Shown here: in pieces, positions 29,285 through 38,585 of the stretch
Layout of the letters: the number at the start of each line of letters is the position of its first letter
How positions within the stretch are numbered: the stretch's first letter is position 1
Source of the DNA: Eubacteriales bacterium
Lineage (GTDB): Bacteria > Bacillota > Clostridia > Oscillospirales > CAG-272
DNA: 64,000 nucleotides
Direction of reading: 5' to 3'
Assembly: GCA_045644805.1 (NCBI GenBank)
Contig: JAZRHO010000036.1
Span: 2,504-66,503, forward strand
The notes under the pieces: model-generated
What the model was told of the DNA's origin: nothing
The model's database searches: none
What the model saw: only the letters and a program-made list of their open reading frames with translations
Made by a program: the position numbers and the translations under genes

Positions 29285-30409
29285 TTATTTTTTGTTATTC
29301 TTAAAATACTGGTAAAGATAACACGGTATCATACCGTTATAGAGCTTTCGCACCTTATCTGCGCGTTTTCCGTAAAGAGCCTCAAAGCCTCGGTGAGAAG
29401 TGATAATATACGCTTGCCATGGCTCAAGAGAGCGAAAATGGCGTCCTATTTTTCTATATAGGTCCTCTGCGCTCTTCATATCCATAAGCCTCTCTCCGTA
29501 TGGAGGATTCGTTACTATCGTGGCACGTCTGCCGGGAGCACTTATCTCCGTCGCGTTCTTTACGAACGCTTTGACAGTACCGCCGACGCCAGCCAAGGAT
29601 GCGTTTTTCGCAGTAAGAGCGACGCACGCAGGGTCTATATCAGAGGCATAGACCTCAAAACCGCTTTTTATTTCGCCCGCTATTGCCTCTTCCCTTGCGT
29701 CTGCCCACAGCCTCCTGCTTATAAAAGGAAAGCTCTCGGCGGCAAAGGCGCGCTTTTTGCCGGGCGCGATATTATTCATAAGCATTGCCGCTTCTATCGC
29801 GATAGTTCCGCTTCCGCACATCGGGTCCCAAAGCAGGACCTCTTCTCTCGGACGCGAGGTTTTTGCTATCGCCGCGGCAAGAGTTTCGCGTATAGGAGCG
29901 TCGTTCGATTCCCTTCTGTATCCACGCTTATGAAGGGGAGTACCCGAGGTGTCTATCATAAGCGCCGCTTCATTATTGAGTATGAAAAATTCAATCTGAT
30001 ATTTTACGCCCTCCTCCGAAAATACCGAAAGACCGTAGACCGACGAAAGTCTTTTAACTATCGCTTTTTTTATGATAGCCTGGCAATCGGGTATTGAGTG
30101 AAGGTCTGATTTTATCGAGTGTCCCTTGACGGGAAAAGCATCAAGCTTACCGATAAAATTCTCCCAAGGGAGCTCATAAGTGCCGTCAAAGAGCTCCGAG
30201 AAGCTGGTCGCTTCAAAAGAGCCTACTTTTATAAGCACACGCTCGGCATATCTGAGAAAAACGTTTGAGAGAGCTATCGCCTCTTCATCGCCTATGAAGG
30301 TAACTCTGCCGTCGATGGTTGATACTCTTTCATATCCGAGAGCCTCTATTTCCTCGCCAAGCAGATGCTCAAGCCCGAAAAGGCAGGTTGCCACAAGCTG
30401 CAATTTCAT
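29285..30409 (-). CDS. THUMP-domain class I SAM-dependent RNA methyltransferase
   Basis: 374-aa ORF with the SAM motif DPMCGSGTIAIEAA and the catalytic NPPYGERL. Confidence 0.85.
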   Translation of the reverse strand: MKLQLVATCLFGLEHLLGEEIEALGYERVSTIDGRVTFIGDEEAIALSNVFLRYAERVLIKVGSFEATSFSELFDGTYELPWENFIGKLDAFPVKGHSIKSDLHSIPDCQAIIKKAIVKRLSSVYGLSVFSEEGVKYQIEFFILNNEAALMIDTSGTPLHKRGYRRESNDAPIRETLAAAIAKTSRPREEVLLWDPMCGSGTIAIEAAMLMNNIAPGKKRAFAAESFPFISRRLWADAREEAIAGEIKSGFEVYASDIDPACVALTAKNASLAGVGGTVKAFVKNATEISAPGRRATIVTNPPYGERLMDMKSAEDLYRKIGRHFRSLEPWQAYIITSHRGFEALYGKRADKVRKLYNGMIPCYLYQYFKNNKK

Positions 30410-31257
30410 TAATTTTTATCTCCGATACCGTTTTTATCGGGAATATAATTTTCAAAAATTACACCCGAAAATCCACTCTCATACGCTTCCCTCTCTTCCG
30501 CCTCAGAGCGTACTGTCCATGCAATGCACGGAGTTCCGAACAATTTGCGTATAATGGGTAAGGGCTGCATATTTATTCGCGTATTCCTCATAGCGATAAA
30601 TGAGGGACGCGCTATAAAGTTAAGAAGAAATCTTTGCACTGCTCGGTGCGTAAGTGTACGGGTTTTTTCGTTATCCGTAAGCTTATCGGAAAGGAAGCCG
30701 CGCAAAACGGACGGCATTCTTTTCTTAATCTCTCCAAGCACGATAGGGTTAAAGGATTCGACGATAAAATCGCCCTTATATTCATTCAGTATTTCCGCAG
30801 CGGCTATCGCAACGGAAGCTTCCGTACCGTCGCTTTTAAGCTCAACGAGAATTGGCACTCTTCCGTCTACCAGCTGAAGAACCTCGCGGAAGGTCGGGAT
30901 AGTATCGTCAGTGCCTTCAAGCGAGAGCTTTTTCAGCTCTTCAAGAGTGAAATCTCTGACACGGCCCGTGCCGCTTGTGACTCTGTCAAGCGTATTGTCG
31001 TGAAAAACTACCGCTTCACCGTCCTTGGTTAGTCTTACGTCAAGCTCTATTCCGAATCCGCGCTCGGCAGCGCGGGCAAAGGCACTAAGCGAGTTCTCTG
31101 CGGCATACTCACCGTAATCAAGAGTGCCGTGCAGACCTCTGTGCGCATACTTTACGGATTTATATTTTTCCATCCCCTTATCGTTTTTCGGCGCGACAAG
31201 AAACAGCCATATACCGAAAATGACCAGGATAGGCGCTAAAATATATACAGCTATCAT
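30409..31257 (-). CDS. Membrane-anchored glycerophosphodiester phosphodiesterase family protein
   Basis: 282-aa ORF with an N-terminal TM helix followed by AHRGLHG..ENSLSAFARAAERGFGIELDVRLTKDG. Confidence 0.85.
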   Translation of the reverse strand: MIAVYILAPILVIFGIWLFLVAPKNDKGMEKYKSVKYAHRGLHGTLDYGEYAAENSLSAFARAAERGFGIELDVRLTKDGEAVVFHDNTLDRVTSGTGRVRDFTLEELKKLSLEGTDDTIPTFREVLQLVDGRVPILVELKSDGTEASVAIAAAEILNEYKGDFIVESFNPIVLGEIKKRMPSVLRGFLSDKLTDNEKTRTLTHRAVQRFLLNFIARPSFIAMRNTRINMQPLPIIRKLFGTPCIAWTVRSEAEEREAYESGFSGVIFENYIPDKNGIGDKN

Positions 31258-31269
31258 TCAAATATCTCC

Positions 31270-32553
31270 TTAGTCGTCAGCACCGCCAAGACTCTCAAGA
31301 GCTCCTTGAGCCTCAGGCTTTGCGTCACCGTGCTTTACAAAGAACATCGTGACAAACGCGCACGCGGCAAAGAATGCGGCATACGGGAAGAATACCCACC
31401 AACCGATATTATCAATGAGTATACCCGACAAAATAGGAGTTACTATCTGAGCGGACATAGATGCCGTATAGTAAAATCCTGTATATTTACCAACGTCTCC
31501 GCCCTTTGCAAGCTCAACGACCATCGGGAAGGAGTTTACGTTTATAGTTGCCCAACCGATTCCCGCAAGGCAGAAGAGAAGATACATTACAATAGCAGGA
31601 GTTCCCGCTTTTATGAACGAAGCCGCGCCAAACGCAGACGTAAGCATTGCAACTCCGATAAGGATAGTCTTTTTACGTCCTAACTTCGATGCGACGATAC
31701 CAACGGGAATATAAGCTATTATAGCAGCTCCCTGCGCCACGAGAAGCGTCACGTTATAGGGAACGTTCAAAACCTCTGTCGCATATACCGAATACTTTGA
31801 GGTAACGGCATTATAACCGATATACCAAAGAGCAACCGACGCAAGAATGAGAATGAGCGACACGAGCTTAGAGCGTGAAAGCTTGCCTACCGAGGCAGGC
31901 TCTGTTTCCTCTTTCTTTTCGTTTGCTTTGTCAAGCTCATCGTTTTTCTTCTCTGCCTCAGAAGACCAAAGAGGCTCCTTTACCGTAAGAAGAAATACAA
32001 CGAGCGCGGCAATCATAAGAATGCTTACAGAAATAAGGTATACAGAAAAGTCGGTCTTTCCCGGAGTGTTCGTCTTAAAGACAATACTGAGACCGAGAAC
32101 TATCATACCGCCTGCGGTTCCCATAAGATTTATAATAGCGTTACCCTTCGAGCGAAGCGGCTTTTCCGTAACGTCGGGCATAAGAGCTACCGCGGGAGAA
32201 CGGAAGGTCGCCATCGAAAGAAGACAAAGAAGCAACAGAAGAATAAAGAGCACGAGTGAGGAAGAGAATCCGAGAATAATCAAGAATGACGCGGCAAAAA
32301 CCGTGCCTATCGTGATATAAGGAGTTCTTTTTCCGAATCTTGTTCTCGTTTTATCTGAAAGTGCGCCGAATACAGGCAAAAGAACGACCGCAAACACGTT
32401 GTCAAGAGACATTATAACTCCCGACCAGGTCTGCCCCATGCCAAACTTATTGGTTAAAATCAACGGAACGATGGTGTCATACGCTTGCCAGAACGCGCTT
32501 ATAAGGAAAAACGCAAAGCCGACAAGTATTGTACGCTTGTAATTGAGCTTCAT
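31270..32553 (-). CDS. MFS transporter (GPH-like)
   Basis: Polytopic membrane ORF. Start set at the second ATG (MKLNYKR) because AGAGG lies about 8 nt upstream. It has a GPH-like GALSDKTRTRFGKRTPY loop. Confidence 0.8.
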   Translation of the reverse strand: MKLNYKRTILVGFAFFLISAFWQAYDTIVPLILTNKFGMGQTWSGVIMSLDNVFAVVLLPVFGALSDKTRTRFGKRTPYITIGTVFAASFLIILGFSSSLVLFILLLLLCLLSMATFRSPAVALMPDVTEKPLRSKGNAIINLMGTAGGMIVLGLSIVFKTNTPGKTDFSVYLISVSILMIAALVVFLLTVKEPLWSSEAEKKNDELDKANEKKEETEPASVGKLSRSKLVSLILILASVALWYIGYNAVTSKYSVYATEVLNVPYNVTLLVAQGAAIIAYIPVGIVASKLGRKKTILIGVAMLTSAFGAASFIKAGTPAIVMYLLFCLAGIGWATINVNSFPMVVELAKGGDVGKYTGFYYTASMSAQIVTPILSGILIDNIGWWVFFPYAAFFAACAFVTMFFVKHGDAKPEAQGALESLGGADD

Positions 32554-32699
32554 AAAAAATACCTCTTTTTTATTTATTTGATTTCCCATCATCTGTTATG
32601 ATAACATACTTATTACCGTTTGTCAAACAAAATATTTAAATTAAATTTATTTTGCGTACAAATGCAAAATGAATACAAAATAAGCGGTCAAGTCCGCTA

Positions 32700-32728
32700 T
32701 TGACTTTTGTGAGTCAAAATAGTATAAT
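32700..32728 (+). promoter_or_regulatory. Sigma-A type promoter for ribF-prmA-rsmE
   Basis: TTGACT (32700-32705), a 17-bp spacer, then TATAAT (32723-32728). The -35 hexamer is part of the inverted repeat TTGACT-N6-AGTCAA. Confidence 0.55.
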
Positions 32729-32765
32729 AATAGATACGTTGAAATTTTGAAGGGAGGGGTGAGTT

Positions 32766-33734
32766 ATGATAACTGTCGAATATAAAAGCAGCGACGGCTT
32801 CGGTGAGCTTAGAAAAAAGCTTCCGTTCCGTGATACGGGCTGCGTTACGGCGCTCGGCTTTTTTGACGGAGTTCATATAGCACACCGCGCCCTGATAAGC
32901 GTTGCCAAAAAAGAAGCGCGTGAACTCGGGCTTCCCCTTGTTATATTTACCTTCTCGGGAAAAGGCGAAGACTTTAAATCAAACACTGGCAGAATATACA
33001 CCGACGAAGAAAAATGCGAGCTGCTTGCAGAATGCGGAGCTGACTATACCCTGCTTTGCGATTTTTCCGCGCTGTCATCTCTTTCAAAGGAGAGCTTCGT
33101 CAAGGACTTTCTTGTAAATACAATGGGAGCAAAAACCGCGGTATGCGGATTCAACTTCCGTTTCGGAAGAGGCGCTTCGGGAAATGCCTCCGACCTTGAT
33201 TTTCTTATGAGAAATCTTGGCGGAAGATGCATTAAAATAGATGAATTTCTTCACACGGGGGTACTCGTTTCCTCTACACGTATAAGAGCACTGATAGAAA
33301 AAAAGGATACCAGAGGCGCAGCAGCGCTTCTCGGAAAGCCGTACTTTATAACGGGCAAGGTATCCCACGGTCTCGGAATTGGCTCTTCCATGGGTCTGCC
33401 TACGGTAAACACCGAGCTTCAAGCCGACAGATTTTCACCTCCCCGCGGAGTTTACGCAACCGTTGCCGTCATTGACGGAAGAAAGTATTGCGCTATTACA
33501 AATATAGGAACGTGCCCGACCTTCGGTGAGCGGGATATGCACGCAGAAACCTTTATTCTCGGCTTTGACGGTGATGTTTATGAGCGTCAAATAAAAATAC
33601 ACTTTATAGATTATTTGAGAGAAGAAAAAACTTTTTCAAGCAAAAAAGAACTTATTATGCAAATAGATATTGACAAAACAAGAGCTAAAAGCCTTATAGA
33701 GGAGTTAAAATGGCAGGAAATTGGACTAAACTGA
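32766..33734 (+). CDS. ribF: Bifunctional riboflavin kinase / FAD synthetase
   Basis: 322-aa ORF with GFFDGVHIAHRALI and a C-terminal riboflavin kinase block (GLPTVN..GVYA). Confidence 0.9.
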   Translation: MITVEYKSSDGFGELRKKLPFRDTGCVTALGFFDGVHIAHRALISVAKKEARELGLPLVIFTFSGKGEDFKSNTGRIYTDEEKCELLAECGADYTLLCDFSALSSLSKESFVKDFLVNTMGAKTAVCGFNFRFGRGASGNASDLDFLMRNLGGRCIKIDEFLHTGVLVSSTRIRALIEKKDTRGAAALLGKPYFITGKVSHGLGIGSSMGLPTVNTELQADRFSPPRGVYATVAVIDGRKYCAITNIGTCPTFGERDMHAETFILGFDGDVYERQIKIHFIDYLREEKTFSSKKELIMQIDIDKTRAKSLIEELKWQEIGLN

Positions 33735-34627
33735 CTGTTACTGTAAAAGTCGAAGATACAGACCGTGCGGCAGCGGTTATAAGCATGCTGGACAATGGAC
33801 TCATGATTGAGGATTACAGCGATTTTTCATTAAACGGAATGTATGGAGAGCTGGTTGACGACTCTATTCTCAGCGCAGACAAAAATCACGCAAAAATATC
33901 AATTTTCGTCCCTGAAGAGAAAAATCTTTCGGAATACGTAACCTTCATAGAAGCAAAATTCGAATCTCTGCGTATCCCCTACTCAAAGGAGCTTTCTGGT
34001 ATGCAGGAGGAAAACTGGGCAGATTCTTGGAAGAAATACTTTAAACCCATTCCTCTTGGCAGAGTAACTATTGTTCCCGCATGGGAAGACTATCATGAAA
34101 AGCACGGTGAGGTCGTAATAAAAATAGACCCCGGCATGGCGTTCGGAACGGGCACTCATGAGACCACAAGGCTCGTTATGAAAATAATGCAGGACGAAAT
34201 AAAGGGCGGCGAGCGCGTGCTTGACGTGGGATGCGGCTCGGGAATACTTTCGATTTGCGCTTCAAAGCTCGGTGCGGCATCCTGCAATGCTTACGATATT
34301 GACCCCGTTGCCGTCAAGGTAACCCGCGAAAACGCAAAAGCGAGCGGCTGCGATAACATCACCGCAGGGCTTTCAGACCTTCTTTGCGGTGTTGAATACA
34401 GGGCAGACGGATACAGCATATGCGTTGCCAATATCGTTGCAGACATTATTTTACGCATGCTTCCCGACATCGGAAGATACCTTGCGCCGTCAGCACCGAT
34501 AATTCTCTCCGGTATAGTTGCCGAACGTGAAGATGATATAATCCGCGCGGCGGTAGCTTCAGGATATACGGTTACAAGGATCGAAAGAGAAAACGACTGG
34601 GTTGCCATAATGATAAGAAAAGCGTAA
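33710..34627 (+). CDS. prmA: Ribosomal protein L11 methyltransferase
   Basis: 305-aa ORF with IDPGMAFGTGTHETT and DVGCGSGILSI. Confidence 0.9.
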   Translation: MAGNWTKLTVTVKVEDTDRAAAVISMLDNGLMIEDYSDFSLNGMYGELVDDSILSADKNHAKISIFVPEEKNLSEYVTFIEAKFESLRIPYSKELSGMQEENWADSWKKYFKPIPLGRVTIVPAWEDYHEKHGEVVIKIDPGMAFGTGTHETTRLVMKIMQDEIKGGERVLDVGCGSGILSICASKLGAASCNAYDIDPVAVKVTRENAKASGCDNITAGLSDLLCGVEYRADGYSICVANIVADIILRMLPDIGRYLAPSAPIILSGIVAEREDDIIRAAVASGYTVTRIERENDWVAIMIRKA

Positions 34628-34646
34628 AGCAAAGGAGTTATCATTT

Positions 34647-35384
34647 ATGCCTAGATTCTTTATAGAAAAATCCCAAATAGAAAACGGCGCGCTCTTCATA
34701 CAGGGCGATGATGCAAGGCATATAGCCCGCGCGCTGCGTATGGCAGTCGGAGACGAGATAACCGTTACAGACGGCGAGGGCGCGGAATATATTTGTACGC
34801 TCCTTCGTATCCGTGATGAAAGATGCGATGCTCAAATCAAGGAAAAAAGATTATCAAAAAGTGAGCCAAAATCAAAAATAACCGTTTATATGGCATATCC
34901 GAAGGGAGATAAGCTTGAAACGGTCATTCAAAAGGCGGTAGAGCTTGGCGCGTCACGCATAGTTCCATTTGAATCGTCAAGGTGCATTAAGCGCCCTGAT
35001 GCTGATAAAGCGAAGATGCGCACCGAAAGGCTATCAAGGATAGCCGCCGAGGCGGCAAAGCAATGCGGAAGAGCCTCTCTTCCCTGCGTTTCGCTTCCTA
35101 TATTATATAATAAGATGATAGAAGAGGCAAAGGGCTTCGAGCTTCCCATATTCTGTTACGAGGGCGAAGGAACAAGGTCGCTAAAAGAAATACTGGAGGA
35201 GTTCTCCGACGCTCCGCGCGATATATGCATAGTTGTAGGCTCAGAGGGCGGATTTTCAAAAGAGGAAGCGCTCATTGCCGAAGAAGCGGGTCTCAGAATG
35301 GCAAATCTCGGTCCGAGAATTCTTCGCTGCGAGACCGCTCCCGATTATGCATTGGCTTGCATTTCATACTTTTTTGAGCTTTAA
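34647..35384 (+). CDS. rsmE: 16S rRNA (uracil1498-N3)-methyltransferase
   Basis: 245-aa ORF starting MPRFFIE, with the HIARALRM and GPRILRCETA motifs of the RsmE family. Confidence 0.9.
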   Translation: MPRFFIEKSQIENGALFIQGDDARHIARALRMAVGDEITVTDGEGAEYICTLLRIRDERCDAQIKEKRLSKSEPKSKITVYMAYPKGDKLETVIQKAVELGASRIVPFESSRCIKRPDADKAKMRTERLSRIAAEAAKQCGRASLPCVSLPILYNKMIEEAKGFELPIFCYEGEGTRSLKEILEEFSDAPRDICIVVGSEGGFSKEEALIAEEAGLRMANLGPRILRCETAPDYALACISYFFEL

Positions 35385-35541
35385 AAGTATAAAAAATACA
35401 ATTTTTACAAAAGATTTATAATTTTTTTGTGGAAAAAGAAAACTTTTTTGAAAAAACTATTGAAAAATGCTAAAAAATACGCTAAAATATAGTACAGTAT
35501 AAACAAAATGCATTCTTTTTCAATCAGAAAGGGGATATAAT

Positions 35542-36627
35542 ATGTCCAACCGCTTGTTCCAAACCGTCATTCACCAGATGAAAGCCGTCCTCGGTCGCAC
35601 CATAGGTGTTATTGACGAAAACGGAATTATAATTGCTTGCAGCGAGCTCGGAAAAATTGGAGAGTCACGCCAGCGCATAAGAGAAGAGCTTGCTTTCTCG
35701 CACGGTGCTATGTGCTATGACGGTTATTTCTACCGCTTCATTACTTCTACCGGCAAGAATGACTGCATCGCATTCGCTGAGGGTACAGATTCCGAGGCGG
35801 ATAAAATTACTCAGCTTCTCGCTATATCTCTTGGCAATATAAAAAGCCTTTACGACGAGAAATACGATAAGGGGTCTTTCATAAAGAATATCATTCTTGA
35901 TAATATTCTTCCGAGTGACATTTACATTAAATCAAACGAGCTTCATTTCAATAATGAAGACTGCCGTGCCGTTTTCGTTATCAAATTCCATGGCTCGACA
36001 GAGATTCCTCCTTACGAAATAATCCAAAACGTCGTTGATGAAAACACCAAGGATTACGTCATCAGCATAAGCGAGCAGGATATCGTAGTAGTAAAAGAGG
36101 TCGATAGAAACGAGGGCGTTGAAGGACTTGAGGCATTTGCCGAAGGAATGCTTAAGGCAGCCGCAGAAGAATACGGCGCAAAGGTTCTTATCGGTATATC
36201 CTCTGTCGTTGAAAATCTCAAGGACCTTGCAAGAGCTTACAAGGAAGCAAGAATATCTCTTGAAGTAGGTAAGGTTTTCGATATCGAGCAGCCTGTAATG
36301 TCTTACGAAAATCTCGGTATAGGAAGACTTATTTATCAGCTTCCCACAACGCTTTGCGAAATCTTCCTTCAAGAGGTCTTCAAAAAAGGCTCTCTCGAAT
36401 CGCTTGATAAAGAAACGCTTATGACGGTTCAGAGCTTCTTTGAGAACAATCTTAACGTTTCCGAAACCTCAAGAAAGCTTTTCGTACATAGAAACACACT
36501 TGTTTACAGACTTGAAAAAATCAGAAAGCTTACCGGACTTGACCTTCGCGAGTTCGACCATGCCGTTACCTTTAAGGTAGCTCTTATGGTTAAGAAGTAT
36601 CTTACTAGCAAGCCCACGAAATTCTGA
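35542..36627 (+). CDS. PucR/CdaR-like transcriptional regulator
   Basis: 361-aa ORF with the C-terminal HTH SETSRKLFVHRNTLVYRLEKIRKLTGLDLR. Confidence 0.75.
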   Translation: MSNRLFQTVIHQMKAVLGRTIGVIDENGIIIACSELGKIGESRQRIREELAFSHGAMCYDGYFYRFITSTGKNDCIAFAEGTDSEADKITQLLAISLGNIKSLYDEKYDKGSFIKNIILDNILPSDIYIKSNELHFNNEDCRAVFVIKFHGSTEIPPYEIIQNVVDENTKDYVISISEQDIVVVKEVDRNEGVEGLEAFAEGMLKAAAEEYGAKVLIGISSVVENLKDLARAYKEARISLEVGKVFDIEQPVMSYENLGIGRLIYQLPTTLCEIFLQEVFKKGSLESLDKETLMTVQSFFENNLNVSETSRKLFVHRNTLVYRLEKIRKLTGLDLREFDHAVTFKVALMVKKYLTSKPTKF

Positions 36628-36778
36628 TGTTTTTTCGACAGACTTTTTGATATTCATTTGCTATAATTGATAACCGAGACGTTTGCTAAAAACGCCTTGT
36701 CGGGGCTAGCCGAATCTTAAGTGAAGATTGAACTAGCCCCCAACTCATGCGAATATATTTCACAAAGGTAAACAGAAA

Positions 36779-38041
36779 ATGCTCAAAAAATTTAAATCAC
36801 GCGGTTTTATATCGCTAATTCTCGTATTTGCGCTTCTCGCGTCCCTCGTTTCGTGCAACTTCAAGAAATCCGTTGCGGACTATCTTCTTGAAGAGGACCT
36901 TCCCGAATTCGACACCGAGCTCTTCTACACGATTGAAGCATGCTTTAACTCATATTATTACACCGAGCTTGAAGACGCTGAGACTCTTTGTAAAAAGACG
37001 GTTGACGCATACTACGAGTTTTGCGCGGAGGATATTGATACTTCCTCAAAAGACGAAGTCACTTACGCATTGATAGATTGTTATATATATGCGGTCGGCG
37101 ACTTATACGCTTTCTACCGTACCGCAGACGAAGCCGAGGATTATACAACCGATATGAGCGGAAGCTTTGTCGGAATAGGTGTAAGCGTGCTTTGCAATTA
37201 TCTTGAAAACACTATTCTCGTTTCCGGGGTTGAGATAGACTCCCCTGCTGATAAAGCGGGAATCACAGCCGACGATTATATAGTAGCCGTTAACGGTGAA
37301 CTCGTCACCGACCTTGGCGTCAGTGAGGCGATAAACAGAATCAAGGGAGAGGTCGGAACGAGCGTCAACGTCACGATTCTCCGCGGAGAAGAGGAAATCT
37401 CTCTCGATATGATAAGAGAGCAGATAACCGAAACCACCGTATCCTACGATTTTCTTGATGGCGGTAAGGTAGGATATATTAAAATAACAAGCTTTAAAGG
37501 CAACACGGCATCGCAGTTTATAAACGCTGTTAACGCTCTGGAGGCTGCCGGAGTCCAATCGGTTATATTTGACCTTCGCTCAAATCCCGGCGGCTATCTT
37601 TCAGCGGTAGTATCAATGCTTTCGTATCTCGTTCCCACGGGAACGGAAATAGTCTCCTTCTCTAACGGAAAGAGCACTATTTACGCAACTCATGGCGAGA
37701 CCGACGAGGAGCCCGTTGATCACGTGCTTTCCGTGCCCTCAGTAGTCCTCTGCAATGATTCCTCAGCATCCGCATCGGAGCTCTTTGCGGGAGCAATGAG
37801 AGATTACAACGATATGGGAATATTAAAGTCAACGCTCGTAGGAGAAGTTACCTATAAGAAGGGTATAATGCAGACGACGATATCGTTTAAAGACAATTCT
37901 ACACTCACTTTGACAACTGCACTTTACAATCCGCCCTCAAAGCAGAACTTCCACGGTGTCGGAGTGACTCCCGATATTCTCGTAAATGACGGTGACGATT
38001 ATATAGAAATCGCGCTTGAAGCTCTTAAATCGCAGAACTAA
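36779..38041 (+). CDS. S41-family C-terminal processing peptidase lipoprotein
   Basis: 420-aa ORF with lipobox LASLVSC, a PDZ region, DLRSNPGGYL and SASASELFAGA. Confidence 0.85.
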   Translation: MLKKFKSRGFISLILVFALLASLVSCNFKKSVADYLLEEDLPEFDTELFYTIEACFNSYYYTELEDAETLCKKTVDAYYEFCAEDIDTSSKDEVTYALIDCYIYAVGDLYAFYRTADEAEDYTTDMSGSFVGIGVSVLCNYLENTILVSGVEIDSPADKAGITADDYIVAVNGELVTDLGVSEAINRIKGEVGTSVNVTILRGEEEISLDMIREQITETTVSYDFLDGGKVGYIKITSFKGNTASQFINAVNALEAAGVQSVIFDLRSNPGGYLSAVVSMLSYLVPTGTEIVSFSNGKSTIYATHGETDEEPVDHVLSVPSVVLCNDSSASASELFAGAMRDYNDMGILKSTLVGEVTYKKGIMQTTISFKDNSTLTLTTALYNPPSKQNFHGVGVTPDILVNDGDDYIEIALEALKSQN

Positions 38042-38072
38042 AAAGATTATAAAAACTAGGAGATATACACTA

Positions 38073-38558
38073 ATGGCAGAAACCAAAATCTACACACCCG
38101 AAGGCTTCAAGGCTCTTCAGGACGAACTTGACTATCTCGTAAACGTACGCGTTGAAGAGAATAAGAAGGAAATTTCCACCGCTCGCTCCTTCGGTGACCT
38201 TTCGGAAAACAGCGAATACGATGCAGCAAAGGAAGAACAGGGCAAAATCCACGCAAGAATCGCAGAGCTTCGTGAAATGATAGCTCACGCAAAGGTTATA
38301 GACGAATCTCAAATAGACGAGTCAAAGGTAAGCGTAGGCTCAATCGTAGTTGTTTACAACGTTACCCGTGCTAAAGAATTCACATATCACATAGTTGGCT
38401 CTTATGAGACAGACCCCATAAACGGAAAGATTTCTGACGACTCTCCTATCGGACGCTCTCTTATCGGAGCTAGAGCGGGAGACGAGGTTTTTGTTCCCGG
38501 TGTGCGTGAGCAGGTTCTTCAGGTAAAGAGCGTTACCCGTGCTAAGGAACAGCATTAA
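38073..38558 (+). CDS. greA: Transcription elongation factor GreA
   Basis: Start set at ATG 38073 with AGGAG upstream. The protein reads MAETKIYTPEGFKALQDELDYL..SENSEYDAAKEEQ. Confidence 0.9.
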   Translation: MAETKIYTPEGFKALQDELDYLVNVRVEENKKEISTARSFGDLSENSEYDAAKEEQGKIHARIAELREMIAHAKVIDESQIDESKVSVGSIVVVYNVTRAKEFTYHIVGSYETDPINGKISDDSPIGRSLIGARAGDEVFVPGVREQVLQVKSVTRAKEQH

Positions 38559-38585
38559 TCATAAGCCGAAGAAAGGAAAACAGCA

